A DNA stretch of 64,000 nt from an uncultured Planctomycetota bacterium (lineage in GTDB: Bacteria; Planctomycetota; PUPC01): assembly GCA_964505325.1 (NCBI GenBank), contig CAZDHT010000001.1, positions 10,430-74,429 of the forward strand, in the 5' to 3' direction. Both the position numbers and the translations under genes were made by a program. Shown here piece by piece: positions 37,557-48,200 of the stretch (positions within the stretch are counted from its first letter, which is position 1; the number at the start of each line of letters is the position of its first letter). Below the pieces are notes generated by a model, which saw only the letters and a list, made by a program, of their open reading frames with translations, did not search any database and was not told the origin of the DNA.

Positions 37557-39620
37557 ATGGCCGCGTTCAGCAAGAAGCGAAACATCGGCATCATGGCCCA
37601 CATCGACGCCGGGAAGACCACCACCACCGAGCGCATCCTGTACTACACCGGCGTCGAGCACCAGATGGGCGAGGTGCACGACGGCGCCGCCACGATGGAC
37701 TGGATGGTCGAGGAGCGCGAACGCGGCATCACCATTACTTCGGCAGCAACCACTTGCCACTGGCGCGATTGGGAGATCAACATCATCGACACCCCCGGGC
37801 ACGTCGACTTCACCGCCGAGGTCGAACGCAGCCTGCGGGTGCTCGACGGGGCCATCGCCGTGTTCTGCGGCGTTGCCGGCGTCCAGGCCCAGTCCGAGAC
37901 CGTCTGGCGCCAGGCCGACCGCTACCACATCCCGCGGTTGTCCTTCGTCAACAAGCTGGATCGTGTCGGGGCGGACTTCCACGGCGCCGTCGATTCCATT
38001 CGGACCCGTCTCGGCGCCACCCCGCTCCTGCTCCAGATCCCCCTCGGTCTCGCGGCCGACCACCGCGGCCAGATCGACCTGGTCCGGATGAAAGCCATCG
38101 TCTACGAGTCCGAAACCCTCGGCGCGAAATATCATTTCGCCGACATCCCGGACGGCCTCGCCGCGGAAGCCAAGCACCGCCGGGAAGAGATGATCGAGCT
38201 CCTTGCCGAGCACAGCGACAGCGTTGCCGAGAAATACGTGCACGACCACGACGTCACCGAGGCCGATCTCATTGCCGGCATCCGAAAGGCCACCCTCGGC
38301 GCCGCCCTCACGCCGGTCTTCTGCGGCTCGGCCCTGCGCAACTGCGGAATCCAGCCGCTCCTCGACGGCATCTGCCATTTTCTCCCGTCCCCCGTAGACC
38401 TCCCGCCCACGGAAGGAATCCACCCCAAGACCGAGCAGCCCGTCCGGCGCAAGCCCAGCCAGAAGGAGCCCCTCGCTGCGCTCGCCTTCAAGGTCGCGAC
38501 CGACCGGTTCGGCGAACTCGTGTACACCCGCGTGTACGCCGGCACGCTCAAGGCCGGCCGGCGCATTCACAACGCCACCAAGGACCGCGTCGAGCGGGCC
38601 GCCAAGATGTGGCGGATGCACGCGAATGACAGGCTGCCAATCGGCGAGGCCACCGTCGGTGATATCGTGGCACTCGTCGGCCTGAAGTTCACCGGCACCG
38701 GCGATACCCTCTGCGAGAGAGAACACCCCATTATCCTCGAGCAGATGCGGTTCCCCAACCCCGTGATTTCCCAGGCCATCGAGCCGAAGACCTCCGCCGA
38801 CCGTGTCCGGCTGTCCGAAACCCTTGCCCAACTCCAAAAAGAAGACCCGACATTTCGGCGCCGGACGGACGAGGATACCGGCCAGACCATCATCAGCGGC
38901 ATGGGCGAACTGCACCTGGAGGTGCTCGTGCACCGGATGCAGCGCGAGTTCAGTCTGGGAGCGAACGTCGGCGTGCCCCGCGTCGCCTACCGCGAGACGT
39001 TCCGCCAGCCCGTAGAGGCCGAGGGCAAGTACATCCACCAGACGGGCGGCCGCGGCCAGTACGGGCACGTGAAGATTCGCGTCGAGCCCTTCTCCAGCCT
39101 CTCCGGCCCCGTGGTGGTCAACGAAGTGAAGCACGGCGATATCCCCGCCGAGTACATCCCGGCGATCGAAGAGGGAATTCAGTCCGCGGCGAGCGGCGGG
39201 CTCCTGGCGGGCTACCCCGTTATTAACGTTAAGGTTACCATCCTGGGCGGCTCGTATCATCCGGAGGACTCGTCCGACATCGCCTTTGCCGCCGCCGCCG
39301 GCCGGGCCATGGTCAACGCGGCGCGAGACGGCCAAGTCGCGCTGCTCGAGCCGATTATGAGACTCGAGGTCATCGTCCCGGAGGCCTATCTCGGTGACGT
39401 GCTCAACGACCTGAACGGCCGAAGAGCAAATATCGTGGACATGGGAATCATGGGGCAGCTCCGGACCATCGAAGCAAAGGCTCCGCTCGCCGAACTCTTC
39501 GGCTACTCCACCGTCGTCCGCTCACTCTCGCAAGGTCGCGCCACGCACACGATGGAGCCACTCGAATACGCGCTGGCCCCCGACGACACCGCTGCGCGGA
39601 TCGCGGGGCTTGACTCTTGA
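37557..39620 (+). CDS. fusA: elongation factor G
   Basis: [20 protein letters not shown]-domain and full-length EF-G homology. Confidence 0.95.
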   Translation: MAAFSKKRNIGIMAHIDAGKTTTTERILYYTGVEHQMGEVHDGAATMDWMVEERERGITITSAATTCHWRDWEINIIDTPGHVDFTAEVERSLRVLDGAIAVFCGVAGVQAQSETVWRQADRYHIPRLSFVNKLDRVGADFHGAVDSIRTRLGATPLLLQIPLGLAADHRGQIDLVRMKAIVYESETLGAKYHFADIPDGLAAEAKHRREEMIELLAEHSDSVAEKYVHDHDVTEADLIAGIRKATLGAALTPVFCGSALRNCGIQPLLDGICHFLPSPVDLPPTEGIHPKTEQPVRRKPSQKEPLAALAFKVATDRFGELVYTRVYAGTLKAGRRIHNATKDRVERAAKMWRMHANDRLPIGEATVGDIVALVGLKFTGTGDTLCEREHPIILEQMRFPNPVISQAIEPKTSADRVRLSETLAQLQKEDPTFRRRTDEDTGQTIISGMGELHLEVLVHRMQREFSLGANVGVPRVAYRETFRQPVEAEGKYIHQTGGRGQYGHVKIRVEPFSSLSGPVVVNEVKHGDIPAEYIPAIEEGIQSAASGGLLAGYPVINVKVTILGGSYHPEDSSDIAFAAAAGRAMVNAARDGQVALLEPIMRLEVIVPEAYLGDVLNDLNGRRANIVDMGIMGQLRTIEAKAPLAELFGYSTVVRSLSQGRATHTMEPLEYALAPDDTAARIAGLDS

Positions 39621-39673
39621 CTAATGTTTTACAATTTTTTACAATTAACGCTCGGCTCTCGCACGTTTTTTGC

Positions 39674-39701
39674 TTGACGAACTTGTTTGCGGGCTTATAA
39701 T
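39674..39701 (+). promoter_or_regulatory. sigma70 promoter of the S10 operon (TTGACG-N16-TATAAT) with upstream duplicated TTTTACAATT UP-like element
   Basis: AT-rich island 39620-39710 in otherwise GC-rich DNA; -35 at 39674-39679, -10 at 39696-39701; ~115-nt leader before rpsJ. Confidence 0.55.
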
Positions 39702-39817
39702 TAGACTCTTTTCCCGTTAGGGGCGCGGTATTTCACCGTGCCCCGTGCCATGTGCGCGGGCCATCATCATCCCGCGCCAGGCTACAGAGTCATGTTGGCC
39801 GTTCGCGGAGGGGCCGA

Positions 39818-40129
39818 ATGCCCAAACTGCAGCGAGTGCGGATTCGCATGGAAGCGTATGACCACGAAGTCCTCGATCAGTCGGCGACACAGATCGTCAA
39901 CGCGGTGCTGCGCACGGGCGCCAAAGTCTCCGGGCCGGTGCCGCTGCCGACGCGAATTGAGCGGTACACGGTGCTCCGCTCGCCGTTCGTGCACAAGAAG
40001 TCCCGCGAGCAGTTCGAGATCCGTACGCACCGGCGCATCATCGACATCCTTCAGCCGACCCCGCAGACCACTGACGCGCTGCAGCGCCTCAGCGTCCCTG
40101 CCGGCGTGGGCATAAAAGTAAAGGCGTAA
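39818..40129 (+). CDS. rpsJ: 30S ribosomal protein S10
   Basis: [28 protein letters not shown]...; start at internal ATG 39818. Confidence 0.9.
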   Translation: MPKLQRVRIRMEAYDHEVLDQSATQIVNAVLRTGAKVSGPVPLPTRIERYTVLRSPFVHKKSREQFEIRTHRRIIDILQPTPQTTDALQRLSVPAGVGIKVKA

Positions 40130-40131
40130 TC

Positions 40132-40779
40132 GTGTTGGAGTTGGATGTTTACAACATGGACGGCAAGAAGGTGGACTCGGTCAAGATTGACGAGGCCGTC
40201 TTCGGCGGGACGGTGAACCATGCAGTCCTTCGCGAGGCCGTGCTGATGTACCAGGCCAACCGCCGCTCGGGCACTGCCTCGGCCAAGAACCGGGTCGCCG
40301 TGTGCGGCTCGGGCGCGAAGCCGTTCCGCCAGAAGGGCACCGGGCGCGCCAGGCAAGGGTCCCGGGGCGCCCCCCACCACGTTGGCGGCGGCGTGGCGCA
40401 CGGCCCCGTGCCGCGGAGCTACCGGTATTCGATGCCGAAGAAGGCCCGCCTCGCCGCTCTCAAAAGCGCCTACCTCGACAAACTTCAGAACGCAACACGC
40501 ATCATCGACAACATAGCAATAGATGCCCCAAGAACGAGCCAGGTCGCCCGGCTGCTCAAGAACCTCGGCGTTCGAGGCCCTTGCCTGATCGCCACGCTGG
40601 GCGCCTCGGACGCCGTGGTGAAATCCACCCGAAATATCCCGGGCGTCATTACCAAGCGCATTCGCGACGTGAACGCGTATGACCTCCTGCGGCCCAGGAA
40701 TTTTGTGGTCACCCGCCGCGCCCTCGAAAGCGTGGCCGAAAAATTCGCCGGCGACGCCCGGACGGACGGTGAACTGTAA
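40132..40779 (+). CDS. rplD: 50S ribosomal protein L4 (directly follows rpsJ; no rplC between them)
   Basis: AVCGSGAKPFRQKGTGRARQGS motif of L4; GTG start 2 nt after the rpsJ stop. Confidence 0.85.
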   Translation: MLELDVYNMDGKKVDSVKIDEAVFGGTVNHAVLREAVLMYQANRRSGTASAKNRVAVCGSGAKPFRQKGTGRARQGSRGAPHHVGGGVAHGPVPRSYRYSMPKKARLAALKSAYLDKLQNATRIIDNIAIDAPRTSQVARLLKNLGVRGPCLIATLGASDAVVKSTRNIPGVITKRIRDVNAYDLLRPRNFVVTRRALESVAEKFAGDARTDGEL

Positions 40780-41084
40780 TGGATGACCCGAGAAAGATTA
40801 TCATCAAGCCGATCATCACCGAGAAGAGCACGGATCTGATCGAGCGCGCGAACCGGAACGGCGTGCCGCAGAACGCCTACTCGTTCCAGGTGCACAACCG
40901 CGCCGCCAAGCCGGAGATCCGCCAGGCGATCGAAGCCCTGTTCAACGTCAAAGTCCGCGCCGTCAAGACCTTGTGGCAGCGCGGCAAGCTGCGGCGCACC
41001 CGCCGCGGCGGCGTGACCCGGCAATCCAACTGGAAAAAGGCGATCGTAACGCTCCGCGAAGGTCACCGAATCGAGCTGTACTGA
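40779..41084 (+). CDS. rplW: 50S ribosomal protein L23
   Basis: [22 protein letters not shown]...; ATG overlaps rplD stop. Confidence 0.9.
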   Translation: MDDPRKIIIKPIITEKSTDLIERANRNGVPQNAYSFQVHNRAAKPEIRQAIEALFNVKVRAVKTLWQRGKLRRTRRGGVTRQSNWKKAIVTLREGHRIELY

Positions 41085-41086
41085 CC

Positions 41087-41920
41087 ATGGGCACGAAGAA
41101 ACGCAAACCGACGACCCCGGCGCAGCGGCACATGACGCACTCGGACTTCGCCGAGATCACCCGGTCGAAGCCCGAGAAGTCGCTGACCACGCCGCTCAAG
41201 AAGACGGGCGGCCGGAATTCCAACGGCCGCATTACCAGCCGGCGGCGGGGCGGCGGCCACAAACGGAAGTATCGGATCATCGACTTCAAGCGCGACAAGC
41301 GCGGCGTGCCGGCCAAGGTCGCGGCGATCGAATACGACCCAAACCGCAGCGCGCGAATCGCACTGCTGCATTACGCCGACGGCGAGAAGCGGTACATCCT
41401 GGCGCCCAAGGGCCTCCAGGTCGGCCAGCCGGTTATAGCGGGCGACGATGTCGAGCCCCGCGTGGGCAACGCGCTGCCGCTCAGAACCGTTCCGCCGGGC
41501 ACGCCCGTGCACAACATCGAGCTGGTCCCCGGCGGCGGCGGGAAACTCGTGCGCGGCGCCGGCACCTCGGCCACCGTTTCCGCCAAGGAAGGCCGGCGGG
41601 CACGGGTCAACCTCCCGTCCGGCGAGGTGCGCCAGCTCCACCTCGAGTGCTACTGCACCGTGGGGCAGCTCGGCAACATCGAGCATGCCACCATCAAGCT
41701 GGGCAAGGCCGGGCGGAGCCGCTGGCTGGGCAGGCGACCCAAGGTCCGCGGGATGGCGATGAACCCCGTGGCCCACCCGATGGGCGGCGGCGAAGGCCGC
41801 TCGGGAGGCGGCCGCGTGCCGGTCTCTCCGTGGGGCAAGCCGTCCAAGGGCGGCAAGACGCGGAGCCGCAAGGCCGTCTCCAACAAGTTCATCGTCCGGC
41901 GCCGTTCGAAGACCCGATAG
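41087..41920 (+). CDS. rplB: 50S ribosomal protein L2
   Basis: ...[24 protein letters not shown]... L2 signature. Confidence 0.95.
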   Translation: MGTKKRKPTTPAQRHMTHSDFAEITRSKPEKSLTTPLKKTGGRNSNGRITSRRRGGGHKRKYRIIDFKRDKRGVPAKVAAIEYDPNRSARIALLHYADGEKRYILAPKGLQVGQPVIAGDDVEPRVGNALPLRTVPPGTPVHNIELVPGGGGKLVRGAGTSATVSAKEGRRARVNLPSGEVRQLHLECYCTVGQLGNIEHATIKLGKAGRSRWLGRRPKVRGMAMNPVAHPMGGGEGRSGGGRVPVSPWGKPSKGGKTRSRKAVSNKFIVRRRSKTR

Positions 41921-41939
41921 GGTTTGGTGAGGAGCTGAC

Positions 41940-42224
41940 ATGTCACGATCGGTGAAAAAAGGCCCGTACGTGGCGGAAAAACTGCTGAAGAAGGTCGCGC
42001 GCGTAACCCGCTCCGGCAGCCAGGATCCGATCCAGACCTGGTCGCGCGCGTCGGTGGTGATCCCCGAGTTCGTCGGGCACACATTCATGGTGCACAACGG
42101 CCGGATGTTTAACCGGGTCTACGTCACCGAGAACATGGTCGGGCATCGGCTGGGCGAATTCTCGCCGACCCGTACGTTCCGGGGTCATGCGGGCCGCCGG
42201 GGCGAACACGCCAGGAAGGCGTAA
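41940..42224 (+). CDS. rpsS: 30S ribosomal protein S19
   Basis: [19 protein letters not shown]...[11 protein letters not shown]. Confidence 0.95.
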   Translation: MSRSVKKGPYVAEKLLKKVARVTRSGSQDPIQTWSRASVVIPEFVGHTFMVHNGRMFNRVYVTENMVGHRLGEFSPTRTFRGHAGRRGEHARKA

Positions 42225-42233
42225 GGAAGGCAG

Positions 42234-42575
42234 ATGGAAGCGAGGGCCCGACACCAATACGCGCGAATATCGCCGACCAAGGTCCGCCCGGTGGCGAAGA
42301 TGATCCGGCACATGCCGCTGACAACGGCGCTGGACTCGTTGCGGGTCAGCAACAAGCGGGCGGCCCGGCTGCTGGAAAAAGCCCTTAAGTCAGCCTGGGC
42401 CAACGCGATAGAAGCCGGCGGCCGGCTGGACGAGGCCGATTTCTTTGTGGCGTCCGCGTCGGTAAATGAAGGCCCGACCATCAAGCGGGGCCGGCCGGGC
42501 GACCGCGGACGGTGGCGGCGGATTCTGAAGCGGTCCTGCCACATTGCAGTGGTGTTGTCAGACCGAAAGGATTGA
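42234..42575 (+). CDS. rplV: 50S ribosomal protein L22
   Basis: ARISPTKVRPVAKMIRHMPLTTALDSLRVSNKRAARLLEKALKSAWANA. Confidence 0.9.
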   Translation: MEARARHQYARISPTKVRPVAKMIRHMPLTTALDSLRVSNKRAARLLEKALKSAWANAIEAGGRLDEADFFVASASVNEGPTIKRGRPGDRGRWRRILKRSCHIAVVLSDRKD

Positions 42576-42576
42576 C

Positions 42577-43260
42577 GTGGGGCAAAAGGTAAATCCAATA
42601 TCCTTCCGGCTGGGAATCACGGAAACGTGGCGCAGCCGGTGGTACGCCGACAAGAAGACGTTCGGCGGCCTGCTGGTCGCCGACCAGAAGATCCGGCAGT
42701 ACATCCGCGAGCGCTACCAGTTTGCGGGGATCCCGCGCATCGACATCGAGCGCACCAGCGGCGAGGCGCGGCTCACCCTGCACTGTGCCCGGCCCGGCGT
42801 CGTCATCGGCCGGAAGGGCCAGGAAGTCGAGCAACTCCGCGCCGACCTCGAGGAGATCAGCGGGTGTACCATCCACATTGACATCAAAGAAGTCCCGCAT
42901 CCCGAGACGAGCGCCGCCCTCATCGGCCAGGCCATTGCCGAGCAGCTCAAGAAGCGGGCGTCGTTCCGCCGCGTGATGAAGAAAGCCGCCGAGACCACCA
43001 TGCAGGTGGGGGCGCTGGGCGTCAAGATCGAGCTGGCCGGCCGGCTGGGCGGCTCGGAGATGCGGCGCCGCGAGCGGACCGTTATCGGCATGATCCCGCT
43101 GCACACGCTGGATGCGATGATCGATTATGCCTTCACCAAGTGCGTCACCACCTACGGAACCATCGGGGTCAAAGTGTGGGTATACAAGGGCGAGCAACCG
43201 TCTGGAGGAACGCCCCGGGCGCCGACCCAGCAGGCGACGCCCGCCAGAGGAGCTAGCTGA
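42577..43260 (+). CDS. rpsC: 30S ribosomal protein S3 (GTG start)
   Basis: (M)[23 protein letters not shown]...; KH domain. Confidence 0.9.
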   Translation: MGQKVNPISFRLGITETWRSRWYADKKTFGGLLVADQKIRQYIRERYQFAGIPRIDIERTSGEARLTLHCARPGVVIGRKGQEVEQLRADLEEISGCTIHIDIKEVPHPETSAALIGQAIAEQLKKRASFRRVMKKAAETTMQVGALGVKIELAGRLGGSEMRRRERTVIGMIPLHTLDAMIDYAFTKCVTTYGTIGVKVWVYKGEQPSGGTPRAPTQQATPARGAS

Positions 43261-43679
43261 TGCCGCTGATGCCGAAACGAATCAAGCACCGCAAGGTCCA
43301 ACGCGGCCGGCTGAAGGGCAAGGCGACCCGCGGCAACAGCGTGGCCTTCGGCGATGTCGGGCTCCAGTGTCTCGAGCTCGGCTGGATCACCGCCCGCCAG
43401 ATCGAAGCGGGCCGGATCGCCATCTCGCACTTCCTCGCGCGAGAAGGCCGGATGTGGATCCGGGTCTTCCCGCACAAGCCGGTCAGCGCCCGGGCCGCCG
43501 AGACCCGCATGGGGACCGGCAAGGGCGAGCCGGAATACTGGGCAGCCGAGGTCAAGCCCGGCACCATCGTGTTTGAGATCGGCGGCGTGCCGGAGGACGC
43601 CGCAGTGCAGGCGTTGAACCGCGCGGCGCACAAATTCCCCATCAAGATGAGACTCGCCCACCGGAGGCATGCCTGGTGA
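43260..43679 (+). CDS. rplP: 50S ribosomal protein L16
   Basis: [26 protein letters not shown]... Confidence 0.95.
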   Translation: MPLMPKRIKHRKVQRGRLKGKATRGNSVAFGDVGLQCLELGWITARQIEAGRIAISHFLAREGRMWIRVFPHKPVSARAAETRMGTGKGEPEYWAAEVKPGTIVFEIGGVPEDAAVQALNRAAHKFPIKMRLAHRRHAW

Positions 43680-43957
43680 AACCCGCGGAGATCCGAGCCC
43701 TGTCCGACGCCGAACTGCTCAACGAGCTGGAGAACGCCGAGCAGAAGCTCTTTAACCTGCATTTCCAGCGGACGACCCAGAACCTGGAAAGCACCGGGGA
43801 GCTGTCGAAGACCCGCAAAGACATCGCCCGGCTGCAGACCATAATTCGCCAGCGCGCCGCGCGCGCCAGCTTGACCCCGGGGCAGGCTGCCGGGCCTCCG
43901 GAAGGCGCCGCCGGCCAAAAGGCCGAGACCCCGAAGAGCGAGGCCGCCAAACCATGA
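43676..43957 (+). CDS. rpmC: 50S ribosomal protein L29 (with Ala/Pro-rich C-terminal extension)
   Basis: [31 protein letters not shown]...; GTG start overlapping rplP. Confidence 0.85.
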   Translation: MKPAEIRALSDAELLNELENAEQKLFNLHFQRTTQNLESTGELSKTRKDIARLQTIIRQRAARASLTPGQAAGPPEGAAGQKAETPKSEAAKP

Positions 43958-44220
43958 GCGCGAAACGCAAACCGCCCAAGGCCGTCACCGGCATCGTCAC
44001 CAGCGACAAGATGAACAAGACCATCGTCGTGCAGACGCTCAAGACGGTGCGGCACAAACGATACCACAAGTACATCCGCACGCCGCAGGTCTTCAAGGCC
44101 CACGACGAGAACAACGAAGCGCGGGCGGGGGCGCGCGTCAGAATCCTGGCCACCCGGCCGCTCAGCAAGACCAAGCGATGGCGGCTGGTGGAAATACTCG
44201 AGCAGGGACCGGAAGAATAG
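43954..44220 (+). CDS. rpsQ: 30S ribosomal protein S17
   Basis: [30 protein letters not shown]. Confidence 0.9.
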   Translation: MSAKRKPPKAVTGIVTSDKMNKTIVVQTLKTVRHKRYHKYIRTPQVFKAHDENNEARAGARVRILATRPLSKTKRWRLVEILEQGPEE

Positions 44221-44223
44221 ACG

Positions 44224-44592
44224 ATGATCCAAGCAGAGACCCAACTGGACGTCGCCGACAACAGCGGTGCCCGGCGCGTGGCCTGCATCAAGGTGCTCGG
44301 CGGGACCCGGCGCCGCTATGCAGGCATCGGAGACATCGTCGTGCTGGCCGTGAAGAAAGCCGCGCCCAACGGCCCGATCAAACAAGGCGACGTGGTGCGC
44401 GGCGTGGTGGTCCGCACCAAGAAGGCCCTGAGACGCCCGGACGGCTCATACGTGAGGTTCGACAGCAACGCCGTCGTGCTCATCGGCGAGGACCGCAACC
44501 CGCGCGGCACGCGGATCTTCGGCGCCGTGCCCCGGGAGCTCCGGGCCAAGAACTTTATGAAGATCATCTCGCTCGCGTCCGAGGTGGTGTGA
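44224..44592 (+). CDS. rplN: 50S ribosomal protein L14
   Basis: [27 protein letters not shown]. Confidence 0.95.
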   Translation: MIQAETQLDVADNSGARRVACIKVLGGTRRRYAGIGDIVVLAVKKAAPNGPIKQGDVVRGVVVRTKKALRRPDGSYVRFDSNAVVLIGEDRNPRGTRIFGAVPRELRAKNFMKIISLASEVV

Positions 44593-44600
44593 GGATACGA

Positions 44601-44942
44601 ATGCACGTTCGAAAGAACGACATGGTAATGCTTCTCAAAGACTTCAGCGGCCCCTCGCCCGCGAGGAAGGGCTCGACCGCCCGGGTGCTCAAGGTGTTTC
44701 CCAAGCAGGGCCAGTTGATCTGTGAGGGCGTCAACGTCAAGCACAAGCACATCCGGGCCAACACCAACCGCGACTATCCCCGCGGCGGGATCATCCGAAA
44801 AGAAGCCCCCGTCAGCGCCTCCAGCGTGGCGCTGTATTGCCCGAAGTGCGAGAAAAAAACCCGGGCCGCGCGGAAGATTGTGGACGGCAAGAAGACCCGC
44901 GCGTGCAAGAAGTGCGGCGAACCGTTTGAGACGACAGCCTAG
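44601..44942 (+). CDS. rplX: 50S ribosomal protein L24 with a Cys4 zinc-ribbon in its C-terminal region
   Basis: MHVRKNDMVMLLKDFSG...KVFPKQGQLICEGVNVKHKH aligns with the L24 KOW domain. C-terminus CPKCEKKTRAARKIVDGKKTRACKKCGE replaces the usual beta-hairpin. Confidence 0.8.
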   Translation: MHVRKNDMVMLLKDFSGPSPARKGSTARVLKVFPKQGQLICEGVNVKHKHIRANTNRDYPRGGIIRKEAPVSASSVALYCPKCEKKTRAARKIVDGKKTRACKKCGEPFETTA

Positions 44943-44967
44943 CGGCAGGAAATGGAGCGTTTGACCG

Positions 44968-45510
44968 GTGGCGCAGTTGCAGGAACGATATAACACCGAG
45001 ATCGTGCCCGCCCTGATGGAGCGGTTTGGCTACACCAACCGCCTGGCGGTACCGAAGCTCATGAAGATCATGCTCAGCGCGGGGGTGGGCCGCGCGGCGG
45101 AAGACAAGGACCGCCTTCCGCAGACGCTCGACGACCTGGCCACCATCTCCGGACAGAAGGCCGTGCCGAGGAAGGCCCGGCGGTCCGTGGCCGGCTTCAA
45201 GATCCGGGCGGGAATGGTGGTGGGCGCCATGGTGACGCTCCGCCGCACGCGGATGTACGAGTTTCTCGAGCGGCTCATCGTCGTCGCGATCCCGCGGATC
45301 CGTGACTTTCGCGGCCTGTCGCCCAACGCGTTTGACGGACACGGCAATTTCTCGTTCGGCATCACCGAGCAGGTCGTGTTCCCGGAGGTCGACCCGGACA
45401 GCGTCAAGGTCACCCAGGGAATGGATATCACGATCGTGACGACCGCCAAACAGGACGAGGAAGGCCGCGAACTGCTTCGCCTGTTCGGCATGCCGTTTAC
45501 GACAGAATAA
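44968..45510 (+). CDS. rplE: 50S ribosomal protein L5 (GTG start)
   Basis: LQERYNTEIVPALMERFGYTNRLAVPKLMKIMLSAGVG. Confidence 0.9.
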   Translation: MAQLQERYNTEIVPALMERFGYTNRLAVPKLMKIMLSAGVGRAAEDKDRLPQTLDDLATISGQKAVPRKARRSVAGFKIRAGMVVGAMVTLRRTRMYEFLERLIVVAIPRIRDFRGLSPNAFDGHGNFSFGITEQVVFPEVDPDSVKVTQGMDITIVTTAKQDEEGRELLRLFGMPFTTE

Positions 45511-45519
45511 GGAGCCGGA

Positions 45520-45705
45520 ATGGCGCGGAAAAGCTGGATCAACCGGCAGAAGAAGAAACAGAGGTTTCCGGTCCGTGAATACCATCGCTGCGCGCTGTGC
45601 GGGCGGCGAAGAGCTTATATGCGAAAGTTCAAGTTGTGCCGGATCTGCTTCCGGACCCTGGCATCCACCGGGCACATCCCCGGAGTCAGAAAGGCAAGCT
45701 GGTAA
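45520..45705 (+). CDS. rpsN: 30S ribosomal protein S14, type Z (zinc-binding, 61 aa)
   Basis: [45 protein letters not shown]. Confidence 0.9.
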   Translation: MARKSWINRQKKKQRFPVREYHRCALCGRRRAYMRKFKLCRICFRTLASTGHIPGVRKASW

Positions 45706-45753
45706 TTCGCGCCCGTGGTGTCCCGCCCGTATCGGGACAGGAGCCGCCGACAC

Positions 45754-46152
45754 ATGACCATGAATGATTTCGTCGCGGACATGTTGACCCGCATACGGAA
45801 CGCGCTCCGCAACGGCAGCGAGACCGTGGAGATCCTCGGATCGCAACTGACCGTGGCGGTAGCGGCCGTTCTGAAGCGGGAAGGCTACATCAAGGACTAC
45901 GCAGAGCTGGACACCAAGCCCCAGGCGCTCGTCCGGATCTATCTCAAGTACGGCCCCGAGGGCGAACAGGTCATCACCGGCATCCGGCGCACCAGCACGT
46001 CAGGCCGCCGCGTCTATCGCGGCGCCGACGACCTGGGCACTGTGCTAAACGGCCTCGGAATATCGGTGGTGTCCACGCCCAAGGGCGTGTTGAGCGACCG
46101 CGAGTGCAGGCAGCAGCACGTCGGCGGCGAGGTGCTCTGCAAGGTGTGGTAG
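45754..46152 (+). CDS. rpsH: 30S ribosomal protein S8
   Basis: MTMNDFVADMLTRIRNALRNG...; start at internal ATG with GGAG RBS. Confidence 0.9.
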   Translation: MTMNDFVADMLTRIRNALRNGSETVEILGSQLTVAVAAVLKREGYIKDYAELDTKPQALVRIYLKYGPEGEQVITGIRRTSTSGRRVYRGADDLGTVLNGLGISVVSTPKGVLSDRECRQQHVGGEVLCKVW

Positions 46153-46180
46153 CCGCCGGAGCGGCATACGAGAAGGACAC

Positions 46181-46795
46181 ATGTCGAGAATAGGAAAGAA
46201 CCCGGTTCCCCTGCCCGGCGGCGTCCGGGCCGTCCTCGAGGGCCAGGCCCTCACCGTGGAGGGGCCGAACGGAAAGGCCCCGCTGGCGATCCACCCGCTG
46301 ATCTCGGTCAGCGTGGACGAGGCCAACCGGCAGATCACGGTCGCTCCGCGCGATCCCAAGGGCCGAAACCCCAAGGAGGCCCGGCTCCAGCGGTCGATGT
46401 GGGGCACCACGCGAAAGCTCATCGCCAACATGGTCGAAGGCGTCACCCAGGGATACACCCGGGAGGTCCAGATCGTCGGCGTGGGATACGCGGCGCGGGT
46501 CGAAGAAAGCACCCTGTTCATCCGCTGCGGATACTCCCACGAGATCGCGACGCCCATCCCGGACGGCATCACGGTCGACCCGCCCAGGCCGGACAGCCTG
46601 ATGATCACCGGCGTCGGACAGTTGCCCTGCACCGCGCTGACGTTCCGCGGCATAGACAAGCAGCAGGTCGGCCAGTTCGCCGCTTCGGTGCGGCGGCTGC
46701 GTCCGCCCGAACCGTACAAAGGCAAGGGCATCCGGTACATGGGCGAAGAAGTGAAGCGCAAGGCCGGCAAGGCACTGGCGGCCGGCACGGCATAA
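46181..46795 (+). CDS. rplF: 50S ribosomal protein L6
   Basis: MSRIGKNPVPLPGGV...RRLRPPEPYKGKGIRY. Confidence 0.9.
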   Translation: MSRIGKNPVPLPGGVRAVLEGQALTVEGPNGKAPLAIHPLISVSVDEANRQITVAPRDPKGRNPKEARLQRSMWGTTRKLIANMVEGVTQGYTREVQIVGVGYAARVEESTLFIRCGYSHEIATPIPDGITVDPPRPDSLMITGVGQLPCTALTFRGIDKQQVGQFAASVRRLRPPEPYKGKGIRYMGEEVKRKAGKALAAGTA

Positions 46796-46810
46796 GCGAG
46801 ACGAGGTGCG

Positions 46811-47179
46811 ATGAACCGGCAGAAGGAGAAACGACTGAAGCGGGCGCGGCGGCATCGGCGCGTACGCAAAAAGGTGTTCGGGGCGGCGGGGCGTCCCCGC
46901 CTCGCCGTGTACCGCAGCCTGCGCCACACCTACGCCCAGATCATAGACGACACGGCGGGCCGGACGCTCGCCTCGGCGTCAACGCTCAGCGCCGACGTTC
47001 GCGAAGACCTGGAGAGCACCGGCAATTGTGCCGCCGCCCGGGCGGCGGGAAAGCGGCTGGCGGAAAAGGCACTGGCTCACGGCATTCGCGCGGTCGTGTT
47101 CGACCGCGGCGGATTCAAGTACCACGGCCGCATCAAGGCCCTGGCCGACGCGGCGCGCGAGGGTGGGCTGGCTTTTTAG
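46811..47179 (+). CDS. rplR: 50S ribosomal protein L18
   Basis: [41 protein letters not shown]. Confidence 0.9.
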   Translation: MNRQKEKRLKRARRHRRVRKKVFGAAGRPRLAVYRSLRHTYAQIIDDTAGRTLASASTLSADVREDLESTGNCAAARAAGKRLAEKALAHGIRAVVFDRGGFKYHGRIKALADAAREGGLAF

Positions 47180-47211
47180 GACGACCCGTTCTCTTTCGAT
47201 AGGGGTTCAAT

Positions 47212-47733
47212 TTGTCACAGGCAGGACGACGCCGACCGAGGGGCGACGGTGCCGGGCAGGAGGGCGCCGGCGAATTCTACGAGAACGTGGTCAAGATCTA
47301 CCGCTCTGCCACGGTGGTCAAGGGCGGCCGGCGGTTCAGCTTCGCCGCGCTGACCGTGGTGGGCGACCGGAACGGCTCGGTAGGCATCGGCTACGGCAAG
47401 GCGAACGCGGTGCCCGCTGCGGTGGAGAAGAGCTTCAAGCACGCCCACCGGTCAATGAAACGGGCGGTCCTCTCCGGCCACACCCTGCCGCACGAGGTCA
47501 CCGGCCGGTTCCTCGCGTCCCGGGTATACATGCGGCCGGCCGCGCCGGGCACGGGCATCATCGCCGGCGCCGCCGTCCGGGCGGTCGTCGAGGCCGCGGG
47601 CGTCAGAGACGTGCTCACCAAGTCATATGGCAGCAACTCGCCCAAGAACCTGGTCAAGGCCGCCCTGCAGGGTCTGCTTTTGATGCGGGACCGGGCGACC
47701 GTCGCGCGGCTTAGAGGAGTGGAACTCGAGTGA
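47212..47733 (+). CDS. rpsE: 30S ribosomal protein S5 (TTG start)
   Basis: VVKIYRSATVVKGGRRFSFAALTVVGDRNGSVGIGYGKANAVPAAVEK. Confidence 0.9.
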   Translation: MSQAGRRRPRGDGAGQEGAGEFYENVVKIYRSATVVKGGRRFSFAALTVVGDRNGSVGIGYGKANAVPAAVEKSFKHAHRSMKRAVLSGHTLPHEVTGRFLASRVYMRPAAPGTGIIAGAAVRAVVEAAGVRDVLTKSYGSNSPKNLVKAALQGLLLMRDRATVARLRGVELE

Positions 47734-48173
47734 ACCTGTCTGACGCGGCAGCCGGCAAGAAGTACAGGAAGACGAAGCGCGTGGGGCGCGGCACCGGGTC
47801 GGGCTGGGGCAAGACCAGCGGCCGGGGGCATCGCGGGGCGCGCTCCCGTTCCGGCGAGGTCATCGAAGCCACCTACGAGGGCGGCCAGATGCCGCTGTTC
47901 CGCCGGCTGCCCAAGCGCGGCTTCAACAACCGGCGCTTCCAGAAGAGGCCCGCCACGCTCAACGTCGGCGACCTCATCAACTGGCCGGGGCAAGAAGAGG
48001 TAAACCCCGAGTCGCTGCTCCGCGCCGGGCTGGTGGACGACATCTCGAATGGGGTGAAAATGCTGGGCAACGGCGACGTGTCGCGGCCCCTCACCGTCAA
48101 AGCACACGCCTTCTCCGAGGCGGCCCGGGAGAAGATCCTGGCCGCCGGCGGCAAGGCGGAGACCATAGAGTAG
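47730..48173 (+). CDS. rplO: 50S ribosomal protein L15 (no rpmD/L30 between rpsE and rplO)
   Basis: KRVGRGTGSGWGKTSGRGHRGARSRSG. Confidence 0.9.
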   Translation: MNLSDAAAGKKYRKTKRVGRGTGSGWGKTSGRGHRGARSRSGEVIEATYEGGQMPLFRRLPKRGFNNRRFQKRPATLNVGDLINWPGQEEVNPESLLRAGLVDDISNGVKMLGNGDVSRPLTVKAHAFSEAAREKILAAGGKAETIE

Positions 48174-48200
48174 ACGTGACGTAGATCAAAGGCAGGACCT

